Shown here: positions 38,504 to 48,773 of the stretch, in pieces
How the letters are laid out: each line of letters begins with the position of its first letter
Numbering within the stretch: the stretch's first letter is position 1
NCBI GenBank assembly: GCA_963765205.1
Contig: CAVXVB010000009.1
Location: forward strand, 608,001 to 672,000
Source of the DNA: an uncultured Verrucomicrobiae bacterium
Lineage (GTDB): Bacteria > Verrucomicrobiota > Verrucomicrobiia > Opitutales > JABDGR01
Direction of reading: 5' to 3'
Length of the DNA stretch: 64,000 bases
Notes under the pieces: generated by a model
What the model saw: the letters and a program-made list of their open reading frames with translations, nothing else
The model's database searches: none
Told to the model about the DNA's origin: nothing
Made by a program: the position numbers and the translations under genes

Positions 38504-39215
38504 GGCATTGACTCAGTTTGGATTTATGTAAACACCAAGCACCACACTTACCCCTCTCCAATGGCGGGCATTTTTATGTCTATCGGCAAACTTGCTAGAC
38601 CAACTATGGAAACCGAGGCTACCGTCGTTCCCGTCGGCGTTAGGAGCCAGTCTGAGCGTTGCTTATCTTCTTCTGTTGGGTGCTTGCCCTTACGCACTAA
38701 GAACGCTGTGGAAAGATATGTTTCTGCGCTTGCTTCATATTTTTCCAATGAAGAAGTGACGTGCTCAATATATGGACGTTCTGTGTAAATAATGCTTCCA
38801 CATTTTGCCAGTTCAGAAATTCCACTACCCACACTCCCAACAAATATAACTGCCAAAATAACATTGCCGACAATTGTGCTCTTTAACCAAACCTCAAAAT
38901 TATTCCAATAGCCCACTTTTTTGACGAAAGTTCGCCCATTAACTTGCAATGGGGGAAGTTGGTCGTTAGTCAATATCTCGAAGTCATCATTAGTAATTTC
39001 GGGATATTTTTTGCGGATTTCTTCTTTTGTTGGTACAATATTCATGCCGCCTTTTCTACCGCGATTTTGTAGAGCAACGCAATCACATCTTCCAATTCTC
39101 AAACGTGGTCGGTCAGTCCGGCTTGAATGGTCGTGGACATGTGCAACAAGTAATGAATCCGACAAAAATGACGGGTTGGCCTGCGATAGGCTTGGTGGTC
39201 TTTAGTGCAGAACCC
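38504..39215 (-). mobile_element. Degenerate IS1-like element remnant carrying a low-GC cargo gene
   Basis: Minus strand 39170-39042 reads HFCRIHYLLHMSTTIQAGLTDHV*ELEDVIALL, resembling the NFCRIH..TPAM.AG.TDHVW tail of IS1-like DDE transposases. End-like motif CAAACTGAGTCAATGCC at 38504-38520. Confidence 0.55.
38548..39045 (-). CDS. Low-GC hypothetical membrane protein (cargo)
   Basis: ATG overlaps the transposase-remnant stop (ATGA); one TM helix; AT-rich codons. Confidence 0.6.
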   Translation of the reverse strand: MNIVPTKEEIRKKYPEITNDDFEILTNDQLPPLQVNGRTFVKKVGYWNNFEVWLKSTIVGNVILAVIFVGSVGSGISELAKCGSIIYTERPYIEHVTSSLEKYEASAETYLSTAFLVRKGKHPTEEDKQRSDWLLTPTGTTVASVSIVGLASLPIDIKMPAIGEG

Positions 39216-39295
39216 CGCCCGCGTTTTGAGCTTCCTCCCCGGACTGCTTTTCCTTCATGCTTCCCGCTTCATCCTTCCTCCTTCTTCCCCTACTT

Positions 39296-40213
39296 ATGAT
39301 TAGCTCGACCAAATACCACGGTTGGAAAGCGCTTTCGCTTGATACGGGGCGCGTTAAACTGGTTGTCCCGCTGGACGTTGGGCCGCGGGTGATTTCATGT
39401 TCGCTGGATGGGGGGCCGAATTTGTTTGCGACGGTGGCGGGGGAATTGGGGAAGGGTGGCGAGCCGGATTGGAAAATTCGCGGGGGGCACCGGCTGTGGC
39501 ATGCGCCGGAGGTGCCGCCGCGCAATTACCAGCCGGATAATGGGCCGATCACGGTGGTCAAGCTGCCGGGCGGGAAGGGGTTGCGGGTTGAGCAGCCGGT
39601 CGAGGAAAAGACGGGGATTCGCAAATCGTTCACGATTGAGGCGCTGGGGGCGACGGATTTCAAGGTCACGCATGTCTTGAAAAACGAGAACATGTGGGCG
39701 GTCGAGTTGTCGCCGTGGGCGTTGACGGTGATGGGGCGCGAGAGTTACACGGCGATTCCGCTCAATCCGAAAATCCCGCATGGGCAGACGCTGGTGCCGG
39801 ATTACGCGCTGGTGCCGTGGACTTATACGGACTTCTCGGACCCGGTCTGGGACTGGCACCGCGATTACATCGGCATCCAGGTGGAGCGCGGCACGCAGCC
39901 GCAAAAGCTGGGGCTGACGAACTTCCCCGGCTGGGCGGCGAACTGGCAGGCGGGTGGGACGTTCGTGAAATACATTGCCGTCCACCCCGGCGCGGCGTAT
40001 CCCGACTTTGGGTGCGCGTTCGAGACGTTTGTGTGCGATTTCATGAACGAGCTGGAGTCGCTGGGGCCGCTCGGGAAAGTCGAGCCGGGCGCGACGGTGG
40101 CGCTGGTGGAATACTGGGGGCTGTTCGCGGGGTTGCCGAAGCCGGATACGGATGAGGTGTTCGCGAAGAAATTCCGGCCGGTGGTGGAAAAGTGGATTAA
40201 AAAACTTTCCTAG
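39296..40213 (+). CDS. Conserved hypothetical protein, possibly galactose-mutarotase-like fold
   Basis: LDVGPRVI, GGHRLWHAPE, YQPDN, YPDFGC and ELESLGPL motifs. Confidence 0.7.
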   Translation: MISSTKYHGWKALSLDTGRVKLVVPLDVGPRVISCSLDGGPNLFATVAGELGKGGEPDWKIRGGHRLWHAPEVPPRNYQPDNGPITVVKLPGGKGLRVEQPVEEKTGIRKSFTIEALGATDFKVTHVLKNENMWAVELSPWALTVMGRESYTAIPLNPKIPHGQTLVPDYALVPWTYTDFSDPVWDWHRDYIGIQVERGTQPQKLGLTNFPGWAANWQAGGTFVKYIAVHPGAAYPDFGCAFETFVCDFMNELESLGPLGKVEPGATVALVEYWGLFAGLPKPDTDEVFAKKFRPVVEKWIKKLS

Positions 40214-40352
40214 TTTTTTGGTTCTTTGTTCTTGGTTCTGGGTGCTTGGTTGGACAAATTATAACGACAACTTTTTCACTGTTTTTGAACAAACCAAGAA
40301 CCAAGAACGTGGAACCAAGAACCAAGAACGAAGAACCAAAAAACCAAAAACT
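40214..40352. repeat. Inverted heptamer arrays (TTGGTTC)n / (GAACCAA)n
   Basis: Visible directly between two co-oriented genes. Confidence 0.85.
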
Positions 40353-40356
40353 TGTT

Positions 40357-41337
40357 ATGCGCCTTGCTTTCTTTGGTTCCGATGCCATCGCCGTGCCGGC
40401 GTTGGAGTATTTGCAGTGGGCGGAGGGGGTCGAGCTGGCGGGGGTGATTTCGCAGCCAAACCGGCCGGCGGGGCGCGGGCGGCATTTGCACGCGAACGCG
40501 GTGGCGGCGTGGGCGGCGGTCAAGGGCGTGCCGCTCTTGCAGCCGGAAAGGCCGGGCGCGGAGGAGGCGGCGTGGTTGCGCGCGCACGGCGTGGAACTGG
40601 CCCTGGTGATGGCCTACGGGCATATTTTGCGGCGCGAGTTCCTCGAGGCTGCGCCGCGCGGGATGTGGAACCTGCACGCTTCGCTGTTGCCGCAGTATCG
40701 CGGGGCGTCGCCGGTCGAGGCGGCGTTGGCGGCGGGGGAAACGGTGACGGGGGTCACGCTGATGCGCATGGCGGTGAAAATGGACGCCGGGCCGGTCGCG
40801 GACGCGGAGCGCGTGCCGATTCTCCCGACGGACACGGGACCGATGCTGCGGGAGCGGCTGGCGCAGGCGTGCGGGCCGTTGCTGGCGCGCAACCTCAAGG
40901 CGCTGGGGGACGGCTCGATTCACACGACAGCGCAGGACGAGGCGCGCGCGACGTATACGCGCAAGTTTACCAAAGCGGACGCGCCGGTGGATTGGTCGGT
41001 GTCGGCGGTGGAACTGGAACGGCGCGTGCGGGCTTTCCAGGCCTGGCCGGGCACGCAATTCGCGCATGACGGCCACGTGATAAAAATCGGCGCGGCGGCG
41101 GCGTTGGCAAAAACGGCGACGGCGCCGCCGGGCGTGATTCTGCGCGCGCAGGCGGCGGGCGTGGACGTGGCGACTGGCGCGGGGGTTTTGCGGTTGTTGA
41201 TGTTGCAGCGGCCCGGCGGCCGGATGATGGAAGCGGCGGAATTTTTGCGGGGTTACCGTTTGGCGGTGGGGGAGTGCCTGCCGAGCCAGGCGGGGCGGCC
41301 ACTGGTGGCGGGTGCGCCGTTTGCAAAGGCGGGTTAG
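40357..41337 (+). CDS. fmt: Methionyl-tRNA formyltransferase
   Basis: SQPNRPAGRG, MAYGHIL, NLHASLLPQYRGASP and MDAGP motifs. Confidence 0.95.
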   Translation: MRLAFFGSDAIAVPALEYLQWAEGVELAGVISQPNRPAGRGRHLHANAVAAWAAVKGVPLLQPERPGAEEAAWLRAHGVELALVMAYGHILRREFLEAAPRGMWNLHASLLPQYRGASPVEAALAAGETVTGVTLMRMAVKMDAGPVADAERVPILPTDTGPMLRERLAQACGPLLARNLKALGDGSIHTTAQDEARATYTRKFTKADAPVDWSVSAVELERRVRAFQAWPGTQFAHDGHVIKIGAAAALAKTATAPPGVILRAQAAGVDVATGAGVLRLLMLQRPGGRMMEAAEFLRGYRLAVGECLPSQAGRPLVAGAPFAKAG

Positions 41338-41364
41338 GGTTTCGGCGAGGGCCCGTGGCTTATT

Positions 41365-41436
41365 TTCACCGCAAAGGCGCGAAGGCCGCAAAGAATGGAT
41401 TTTGCCAATGCCGCCAAACAACATCTTTGCGGTGAA
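41365..41436. repeat. Third, degenerate copy of the TTCACCGC palindromic element
   Basis: TTCACCGCAAAGGCGCGAAG ... CTTTGCGGTGAA. Confidence 0.7.
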
Positions 41437-41529
41437 TGGCCTTCGGGGATTTAACAGCACAACCCAAGCCGCTTTTTTTTGACAGGCGGCGGGGAAAGGG
41501 GATAATGCGGGTCAACCGCCCTCTTTGCC

Positions 41530-42213
41530 ATGAACATCTCCAAACCAATTATGGGGCTGCGCCACCTTCGTGTGGGCGGCATTTTTCTACTTTTGACCGC
41601 TGGCGTGCTGGTTTTGCGCGCGCAATCCGCCCCGCCGCCGGCGCCGGTGGCGACCGCGCCATCACTGGCGGGAATGAGCCAGGACGTGCAGGAACTGCAG
41701 CGCACGGTCAGCCAACTGAGCCTCCAGGTCGAGAACCTGACGCAGGAAAACGAGCGCCTTCAACAGCAAATTCCCTCGAAGCAGGACATCCAGGTGATGA
41801 TTCAGAACGCCATTGCGGAGAGCCGGGCGGACACCAAGAAAGACATTGACCAGGCCAAAGCCGATGTGAGCAAGGACATCCTTGCGGATGTTTCCCAGCA
41901 ACTCAAAGCCCTGGCGGAGGACACGGATGCGCAGTTAAAGAAACTGGCGGCGGCCATCGCCGAGAAGCCCGTGGCGACCCCAGTGGTCGCCATCCCACGC
42001 GCGCCGCTGCCGCCCAACACCCCGGTCAAAATCATCACGGTGCAACGCGGGGACTCGCTGGCGAAACTTGCCCAGCAATATAAAGTTTCGAAAAGCGACA
42101 TCCTGAGTGCGAACCCGCAGCTCAGCGACCCCAATAAATTGTATGAGGGCCAGCAATTGGGTATTCCGCTCAAGGACGGCGTGTCCGCCCAGCCCGCCGT
42201 GACCGGCAACTAA
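41530..42213 (+). CDS. Secreted coiled-coil + LysM protein
   Basis: Signal/TM, coiled coil, then TVQRGDSLAKLAQQYKVSKSDILSANP...LYEGQQLGIP. Confidence 0.88.
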   Translation: MNISKPIMGLRHLRVGGIFLLLTAGVLVLRAQSAPPPAPVATAPSLAGMSQDVQELQRTVSQLSLQVENLTQENERLQQQIPSKQDIQVMIQNAIAESRADTKKDIDQAKADVSKDILADVSQQLKALAEDTDAQLKKLAAAIAEKPVATPVVAIPRAPLPPNTPVKIITVQRGDSLAKLAQQYKVSKSDILSANPQLSDPNKLYEGQQLGIPLKDGVSAQPAVTGN

Positions 42214-42248
42214 TATTTTTTTCCATCGAGCACCCCACCCCCATCCCC

Positions 42249-43211
42249 ATGTCCATTACGAAAAACCGCCTTGGCCGTGGCTTGGGCAATTTGATTGCCG
42301 GCGGCAAAAGCGCCGCACCCACCAACCCGCCCGACGCGCCTCTGAGCGTCACGCCCGCACCCGCACCTGCACACACCGTCGCGCCGATAGCGGCTCCCCC
42401 GCCCGTCACGGGCCTGGCCGGCTATAGTGAAATTGCCATCGCGACGGTCGAGCCGAGCCGCCATCAGCCACGCCGGAGTTTTGACGAGGCGGCGTTGCGC
42501 GAATTGGCGGACAGCATCCGCTCGGAGGGCCTGTTGCAGCCCGTCGTCGTGCGCAAGGTCGGCGACAAATATCAATTGATTGCGGGCGAACGCCGGTGGC
42601 GCGCGTGCCAGTTGCTCGGGTTGAAGACGGTGACCGCGCGGGTGGTCGAGGCCAGCGACGCCTCGGCGGCGGTGATGACGATGATTGAAAATTTGCAGCG
42701 CGCGGATTTGAACCCGGTCGAGGAGGCGCTGGGGTATGCGAGCCTGATCCGCGACTTTGCGCTGACCCAGGAGGCCATCGCCGAGCGGGTGGGCAAGGCG
42801 CGCGCGACGATCACCAACGCGCTGCGCTTGCTCTCGCTCGAACGCGAGGTACAGGGCTACCTGGCCAAAGGGCTGTTGAGCACCGGCCACGCCAAGGTTT
42901 TGCTCGGCCTGGCGGACGAAGCTTCGCGCGCGCTGCTGGCCCGGCGGGCGATTGAAGACGGCTGGAGCGTGCGCGACCTTGAGCACCACGCGCGCCAGCA
43001 CAAACAGGACGCGACGAAGACGCGCCGCACCGGGCACAACGGCCCGGAGGCGGAATCCACGGCCATCCGCGATGTCGAAAAACGCCTGGCGGCCAAGCTG
43101 AACACGCGGGTTTCACTGAAGCACAGCCCGAAGCATGGGCGCATAGTGATTGAATATTTCGGCAACGAGGACTTGCAGCGGATTTTGGAGTTTTTGGGAG
43201 TGGGGGGGTGA
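42249..43211 (+). CDS. parB: ParB/Spo0J partition protein
   Basis: LGRGLG, QPRRSF, LIAGERRWRA, IENLQRADLNPVEEA and an HTH. Confidence 0.95.
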   Translation: MSITKNRLGRGLGNLIAGGKSAAPTNPPDAPLSVTPAPAPAHTVAPIAAPPPVTGLAGYSEIAIATVEPSRHQPRRSFDEAALRELADSIRSEGLLQPVVVRKVGDKYQLIAGERRWRACQLLGLKTVTARVVEASDASAAVMTMIENLQRADLNPVEEALGYASLIRDFALTQEAIAERVGKARATITNALRLLSLEREVQGYLAKGLLSTGHAKVLLGLADEASRALLARRAIEDGWSVRDLEHHARQHKQDATKTRRTGHNGPEAESTAIRDVEKRLAAKLNTRVSLKHSPKHGRIVIEYFGNEDLQRILEFLGVGG

Positions 43212-43222
43212 GGAAGTAGCGC

Positions 43223-43323
43223 GGAGTGCTGAACGCTGAATTCTGAATGCTGCCAAGCCAAGGGAATCAATCTAGCGCGAGAAGCAGTTCTGCTGCGCAA
43301 CATTCAGAATTCAGCATTCAGAA
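43223..43323. repeat. Inverted heptamer arrays (GCTGAAT-like / ATTCAGC-like)
   Basis: GTGCTGAACGCTGAATTCTGAATGCTG ... CATTCAGAATTCAGCATTCAG. Confidence 0.75.
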
Positions 43324-43404
43324 ACCAACACTTTTCTTGCTTGCCCGGCGGGGCGGGGAAGGGCAGACTGGGCGGTTTAACACTCACTTTTCAAGGCTAC
43401 TGCC

Positions 43405-43893
43405 ATGGTTAATATCCTGATTTCAATCGTAATGGTTGCATTACTCGTTGTCTGCTTGTTGATGGCCGTCATCATCCTGATGCAGAAGCCGAGCGCGAAT
43501 GCGGGGATGGGCGCGGCCCTCGGGGGCGGCGCGGCGGAGTCCGTCTTCGGCGGCGAAGCGGGGAACATGCTGCTCAAATACACGATCCGGATTGCGGTGG
43601 CATTTTTTGTGATGTCGTTCCTATTGTATATGGGCATTTTGTGGCACCACCGTGTGGCGCTGGCCAACAATGTGATGGCGCTGCCCACGATGGGCATCGC
43701 CAGCCCCGCCGCTCCAACGCCCGCGAGCCTGCCGGGGACGTCGGCCAAAACCACGGTGGCGGGTGCAGCAGCAACGTCAGTCAATTCGACGGCGGCGGGC
43801 GCGGCCAGTTCCGCGACGGCGGCGCCGGCCCTCCCTGCGCTGCCGGTAGCATCCACGAGTTCCACCGCCCCTTCGTCGGCTCCCGCAAAATGA
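43405..43893 (+). CDS. secG: Preprotein translocase subunit SecG with an Ala/Pro-rich tail
   Basis: ILMQKPSANAGMGAALGGGAAESVFG between two TM helices. Confidence 0.9.
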   Translation: MVNILISIVMVALLVVCLLMAVIILMQKPSANAGMGAALGGGAAESVFGGEAGNMLLKYTIRIAVAFFVMSFLLYMGILWHHRVALANNVMALPTMGIASPAAPTPASLPGTSAKTTVAGAAATSVNSTAAGAASSATAAPALPALPVASTSSTAPSSAPAK

Positions 43894-43981
43894 TTTTGGC
43901 CACGAGCGGCGAACCCCACGTATTTACCGGGAACCCGAATGGATGGTTCCCGCGTTTGCCCAAGTTATCGAGGATTGCGGC

Positions 43982-44869
43982 ATGAAAGGCTTTCTCAAAT
44001 TTACCGGCGGGTTGTTGGTCGCGTGGCTGGTTTGCGCGCCGTTGGGGCGGGCGCAGCCCCGCGAGAGCGAAAGTATCGTTTCCGCGCCGCCGGCCCCTTA
44101 CAGTGCTACGGATGCGTCCAAACGCCTCAATGATTTTCGCAGCCTGATGCAGATCGGCGATTTTTGCGTGAAATTTGATTTGCTGCATTTTCCGAAGCCG
44201 CCTGGCGAAGAGACGCGCTTTACCGGCATCGCCTGGAGCTCGTGGAATGACCAGGCCCACGCCCCCGTGTGGCGTTTTCGCCTGACCGCGCCGGCCGGGG
44301 AGGGTAAAGCGGCGCAGCCGGCGGTGTGGGAATGGCTCGTGCAAAACGGCGCGACACCACATATTTGGGTGCTGGCACCCGGCGCGGACACCGCGCGCGA
44401 GGTGCCGGCGGCCGAATGGCGCCAGCCACTGTTTGCCGGCACGGTTTACACGCCTTTCGATTTGCTAATGCCTTTTTTGTTTTGGAAGGGAGAATACAAA
44501 GGTACCGGCCGCGTCGAGGGCAGCGCGGTGGATCTTTACACGATGCAGCCGTCCACCGCCGAGTTGGCGGCCGGTGGAGGCCCGGTGCGCATTTCGATTG
44601 ACCGCGAGATGGGCTACCTCGCCCTCGCCGAGCAACTGGACGCGACAGGCGCGGTCGCGCGCACCTTTGACCTGCGGGATTTCGCCAAGGTGCAGGATCG
44701 CTGGATGGTCAAGACCTGCGAATTGCTCAACAAGGCGGGGCGGGATTACGATCGCTTTCAAGTGACCAGCGCGGCCATGAATCTCAAAATTGACCCGGAA
44801 ATTTTCAACCCCGCGCATTTAAGCATGCGCGCGCCCGAACCGCCGGCGCAGGCTTGGGCGAATTTTTGA
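43982..44869 (+). CDS. LolA-like outer-membrane lipoprotein-sorting protein
   Basis: Signal peptide, PLFAGTVYTPFDL, FAKVQDRWMVK and IDPEIFNP motifs. Confidence 0.65.
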   Translation: MKGFLKFTGGLLVAWLVCAPLGRAQPRESESIVSAPPAPYSATDASKRLNDFRSLMQIGDFCVKFDLLHFPKPPGEETRFTGIAWSSWNDQAHAPVWRFRLTAPAGEGKAAQPAVWEWLVQNGATPHIWVLAPGADTAREVPAAEWRQPLFAGTVYTPFDLLMPFLFWKGEYKGTGRVEGSAVDLYTMQPSTAELAAGGGPVRISIDREMGYLALAEQLDATGAVARTFDLRDFAKVQDRWMVKTCELLNKAGRDYDRFQVTSAAMNLKIDPEIFNPAHLSMRAPEPPAQAWANF

Positions 44870-44956
44870 TTGGACGCGGTTGGTTCGCCAAAAGTTGTTG
44901 CCAAGGCGGGTGATTTGGCAAGTATCGGCGTTCGCGCATTTCGCGCCATTCACTCC

Positions 44957-46183
44957 ATGCCACTCGGAACCACCGAACCCGGATTGTCCACCTGGGCGCG
45001 CCAGATCGCGCCGTCGCCGACTTTGGCCGTTGACGCCAAGGCCAAGGCGTTGCAGGCCGCGGGGAAGGATGTGTGCATTTTTGGCGCGGGGGAGCCAGAT
45101 TTTGACACGCCGGAATTCATCAAGGAGGCCTGCGCCAAGGCCTTGCATGAGGGGAAGACAAAATACATCGCCTCGGCCGGGCTGCCCGCCTTGCGCGCGG
45201 CCCTCGCGGCGGACTATCGCGCGCGCGGTTTTGGCGACGTGAAAGAGTCACAAGTCGTCGTCAGCCCCGGCGGAAAATTTTCCTGTTATCTGGCGATTTT
45301 GTCGGTGGTCTCGCCGGGTGAAGAAGTGATCATCCCCGCACCGTATTGGGTGAGCTATCCCGAAATGGTGAAGCTGGCCGGGGGCGTGCCGAAGTTTGTC
45401 TTTGCGGGCGACGAGACGGGTTTCCGCATCAGCCCGGCGCAACTGCGCGCGGCCCTGACGCCGAAAACGCGGCTCGTGATTTTGAACAGCCCCTCGAACC
45501 CGACCGGCGCGGTTTACCCCCGTGTAGAATTGGAGGCGCTGGTGCGTGTGTGCGTCGAGGCGGGCGTGTATGTGCTGTCCGACGAGATTTACGAGAAGCT
45601 GCTTTACGACGGCGTCACCCACGCCAGCCCGGCCACGTTCTCGCCCCAGGCGGTGAAGCTGACGCTGACGGCGTCGGGCTTCAGCAAGACGTATGCGATG
45701 ACCGGCTGGCGGCTGGGCACGCTGGTCGCGCCGCCGAAGATCGCCGCCGCCGCGGCGGATTTGCAAAGCCAGATGACGTCAAACGCAACGAGTTTCGCCC
45801 AGTTCGGCGCGCTGGCTGCATTGCAGCAGCCGGAAAAGGCGCGCGCGGCCGTCGAAGCGATGCGCCAGGTTTTTGACCGCCGCCGGCTGCTCCTTTGGGA
45901 GGGCCTGAACGCGCTGCCGGGCGTGCGCTGTTTCCGCTCGGAAGGCGCGTTTTATTTATTCCCGAACATCTCCGCGCTCGGGCTAAGCTCCGGCCAATTT
46001 GCGGACCAGTTGCTGGAGGAGGAACTGGTCGCGCTGGTGCCGGGCAATGCGTTTGGCGCGGACGATTACATGCGCCTGAGCTACGCCACGTCGGACGCCG
46101 TCATCATAAAAGGCCTCGAACGCCTCGGGCGTTTTTGCGCGCGGCTGGCGGAAGCGCGTCTGCCTGCGGCCGCCCGCGCGTAA
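44957..46183 (+). CDS. Aspartate aminotransferase-like class I PLP enzyme
   Basis: [30 protein letters not shown] and [12 protein letters not shown] motifs. Confidence 0.92.
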   Translation: MPLGTTEPGLSTWARQIAPSPTLAVDAKAKALQAAGKDVCIFGAGEPDFDTPEFIKEACAKALHEGKTKYIASAGLPALRAALAADYRARGFGDVKESQVVVSPGGKFSCYLAILSVVSPGEEVIIPAPYWVSYPEMVKLAGGVPKFVFAGDETGFRISPAQLRAALTPKTRLVILNSPSNPTGAVYPRVELEALVRVCVEAGVYVLSDEIYEKLLYDGVTHASPATFSPQAVKLTLTASGFSKTYAMTGWRLGTLVAPPKIAAAAADLQSQMTSNATSFAQFGALAALQQPEKARAAVEAMRQVFDRRRLLLWEGLNALPGVRCFRSEGAFYLFPNISALGLSSGQFADQLLEEELVALVPGNAFGADDYMRLSYATSDAVIIKGLERLGRFCARLAEARLPAAARA

Positions 46184-46246
46184 AACTGCGATACGATATC
46201 CTCGTTAGCCTTTTACAGCGATCTGAAAAAGCAATCCCACTTTCCC

Positions 46247-47110
46247 ATGGTTTACGAATACACAAAAGCTCAACCGATTACTCTGCGGGAGGCAGGGAAA
46301 GATGAAAGATGGCTGCAAGATTTGCTATCAAAAGATCCGTCTATTCTCGGGCTTGGCGATGTTGTGGTCATCCAACGAGAATGTTCGCAGCCAACGGGTG
46401 GCAGAATAGATTTGATCTTATCGGATAATGCCTCTGAGGAGGCCCTCCGCTACGAAGTTGAAGTCATGCTAGGAACTGTCGATGAGAGTCACATCATTCG
46501 AACTATCGAGTATTGGGACGTGGAACGGCGTCGATTCCCTTCCTATCAGCACCGAGCTGTTATTGTGGCAGAAGAAATCACCAATCGCTTCTTCAACGTC
46601 ATCAGCCTTTTAAATAAGGCGGTTCCCATAATCGCCATCCAACTCAATGCGTTTCTCATGTCAGATAAACTCTGCTTGAATTTTGTCAAAGTGTTGAATT
46701 TGGTGGATGAAGAAGAGGAGAATGCAGGTGAACAGACCGACCGAAAGTCTTGGGAAGCTAGAAGCAGTAAACAATCTATCGAAGTTATGGATGCCGTTAT
46801 TGCCCTTCTGCCAAAGGATGCGGGAGATGTCAGGATAAAATACAATCAGGAGCACATCGCCGTAGCGACTTCAGGGAAAAATTTTGCCTGGTTTATGCTT
46901 CGTAAAGGCATCCATGTGCTTTTGGAAGTAAGCACGGGAGAGCTTACGCGAGACGAGTTTATTTCTAAAATGAAAGCGCAGGGCATCGAGTGCGGTCAAA
47001 CACGTCATAGCACCATCTTGAAAATTTTTCTTAATATGAAGGAACTGGAGAACAATCGAGCCCTCATCCAAGGCGTATTGACTACGGCAGAAAAATTCTC
47101 AAGGGAGTGA
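46247..47110 (+). CDS. Low-GC PD-(D/E)xK-like (NucS/EndoMS-related) putative nuclease
   Basis: ERWLQD...DPSILGLG...GGRIDLIL...YEVEVMLG...HIIRTIEYW...[10 protein letters not shown]-rich relative to both flanks. Confidence 0.6.
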   Translation: MVYEYTKAQPITLREAGKDERWLQDLLSKDPSILGLGDVVVIQRECSQPTGGRIDLILSDNASEEALRYEVEVMLGTVDESHIIRTIEYWDVERRRFPSYQHRAVIVAEEITNRFFNVISLLNKAVPIIAIQLNAFLMSDKLCLNFVKVLNLVDEEEENAGEQTDRKSWEARSSKQSIEVMDAVIALLPKDAGDVRIKYNQEHIAVATSGKNFAWFMLRKGIHVLLEVSTGELTRDEFISKMKAQGIECGQTRHSTILKIFLNMKELENNRALIQGVLTTAEKFSRE

Positions 47111-47159
47111 AGCCTGGCTTCCTTCTTGCTCACTATTTCCAACCATCAATACCTTCCAC

Positions 47160-48476
47160 ATGAGCTACCAGAACCTCGTGCCGCCCACCGGCGACCGCAT
47201 CACGATCAACGCCGGGAAGTTGTCCGTTCCGGACTGCCCCATCCTGCCCTACATCGAGGGCGATGGCACCGGGCCGGACATTTGGCGCGCGTCGCAACGC
47301 GTGTTCGACGCCGCAGTGGCCAAGGCTTACGGTGGGCAGCGGAAAATTTCGTGGTTCGAGGTTTACGCGGGCCAGAAGGCGTTCGACAAGTTTCAGAACT
47401 GGCTGCCGGACGACACGGTGGCGGCGTTCACGGACTACCTGGTCGGCATCAAGGGGCCGCTGACGACGCCGGTGGGCGGCGGCATCCGTTCGCTCAATGT
47501 CGCGCTGCGGCAGATGCTCGACCTTTACGTCTGTCTGCGCCCGGTGCAGTATTTCACGGGGGTGCCGTCGCCGGTGAAGCATCCGGAGAAGGTGGATATG
47601 GTGATTTTCCGCGAGAACACCGAGGACATCTACGCCGGCATCGAATACGTGGCCGGCTCGCCCGAGGCGCAGAAGCTGCTCGACTTCATCGCGAAGGAAT
47701 TTCCCAAGGACTTCAAAAAAATCCGCTTTGGCACCAAGCTGGCGGCGGAGGAATTTTGGAAACGGGTCGGCGCGGCGAATTTTCCCTGCGACGTGAAAGT
47801 GGGCCTTGGCATCAAGCCGGTGAGCTACAGCGGCAGCGTGCGTTTGATTCACACGGCGATCGGCTACGCGATCAAGTTCAAGCGCAAGAGCGTGACGCTG
47901 GTCCACAAGGGCAACATCATGAAGAACACCGAGGGTTCGTTCCGCGATTGGGGCTACCAGGTGGCGAAGGAATATTTCGGCGCGGTGGAAATTGACGCCG
48001 GCCCGTGGTGCAAAATCCCCGAGGGCAAACTCGGCGCGGGCCTCGTGATCAAGGACACGATCGCCGACATCACGCTCCAACAGGTGCTCACGCGCCCGGA
48101 AGATTTCGACGTGATTGCGACGCTGAACCTGAACGGCGATTACCTGAGCGACGCGCTGGCGGCGCAAGTGGGCGGCATCGGCATCGCGCCCGGCGGCAAC
48201 ATCAACTACATTAGCGGCCATGCGATCTTCGAGGCGACGCACGGCACCGCGCCGAAATACGCGAACAAGGACATGGTCAACCCCGGCTCGGTCGTGCTCA
48301 GCGGCGAAATGATGCTGCGCTACATGGGCTGGACGGAAGCCGCCGACTTGATTCTGAAAGGCCTGAACGGCGCGATTGGCGCGAAGCGCGTGACCTACGA
48401 CTTCGCGCGCCAGATGCAGGGCGCGACGGAGATCAAGTGTTCGGCATTCGGCACCGCGATTATTGAGCAGATGTAG
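47160..48476 (+). CDS. icd: NADP-dependent isocitrate dehydrogenase
   Basis: [42 protein letters not shown] and [10 protein letters not shown] motifs. Confidence 0.97.
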   Translation: MSYQNLVPPTGDRITINAGKLSVPDCPILPYIEGDGTGPDIWRASQRVFDAAVAKAYGGQRKISWFEVYAGQKAFDKFQNWLPDDTVAAFTDYLVGIKGPLTTPVGGGIRSLNVALRQMLDLYVCLRPVQYFTGVPSPVKHPEKVDMVIFRENTEDIYAGIEYVAGSPEAQKLLDFIAKEFPKDFKKIRFGTKLAAEEFWKRVGAANFPCDVKVGLGIKPVSYSGSVRLIHTAIGYAIKFKRKSVTLVHKGNIMKNTEGSFRDWGYQVAKEYFGAVEIDAGPWCKIPEGKLGAGLVIKDTIADITLQQVLTRPEDFDVIATLNLNGDYLSDALAAQVGGIGIAPGGNINYISGHAIFEATHGTAPKYANKDMVNPGSVVLSGEMMLRYMGWTEAADLILKGLNGAIGAKRVTYDFARQMQGATEIKCSAFGTAIIEQM

Positions 48477-48773
48477 GCTATAACCCGAATTCAAAGGGGG
48501 CGGATGAGGGGACAATTCCACCCCTGCGCTTTTATTGCTTTTTTCGCAAGAGGAGGAAAGCGATGAAGGCCACCAGGCCGCAGAGCGCCGTGACGCCGAA
48601 AGCGGCGGGCCAGGTGGGACTCCCCCACAACACACCCGCACAAAAAAAGACGGTGACGAACACCATGCAGCCCAAGTTTTCGCGTTCGTCTTTGGCGTCC
48701 ACATAAGTTGGCCTCGGCACCTTTGCCCACCAGTTGCCGCGGCTGCACTTGGGTGGTTCTGGCGGGGTGCCTA

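Noticed and set aside
40305..40315. ACGTGGAAC as a parS half-site
   Set aside because: Lies inside a heptamer array and has no palindromic partner.
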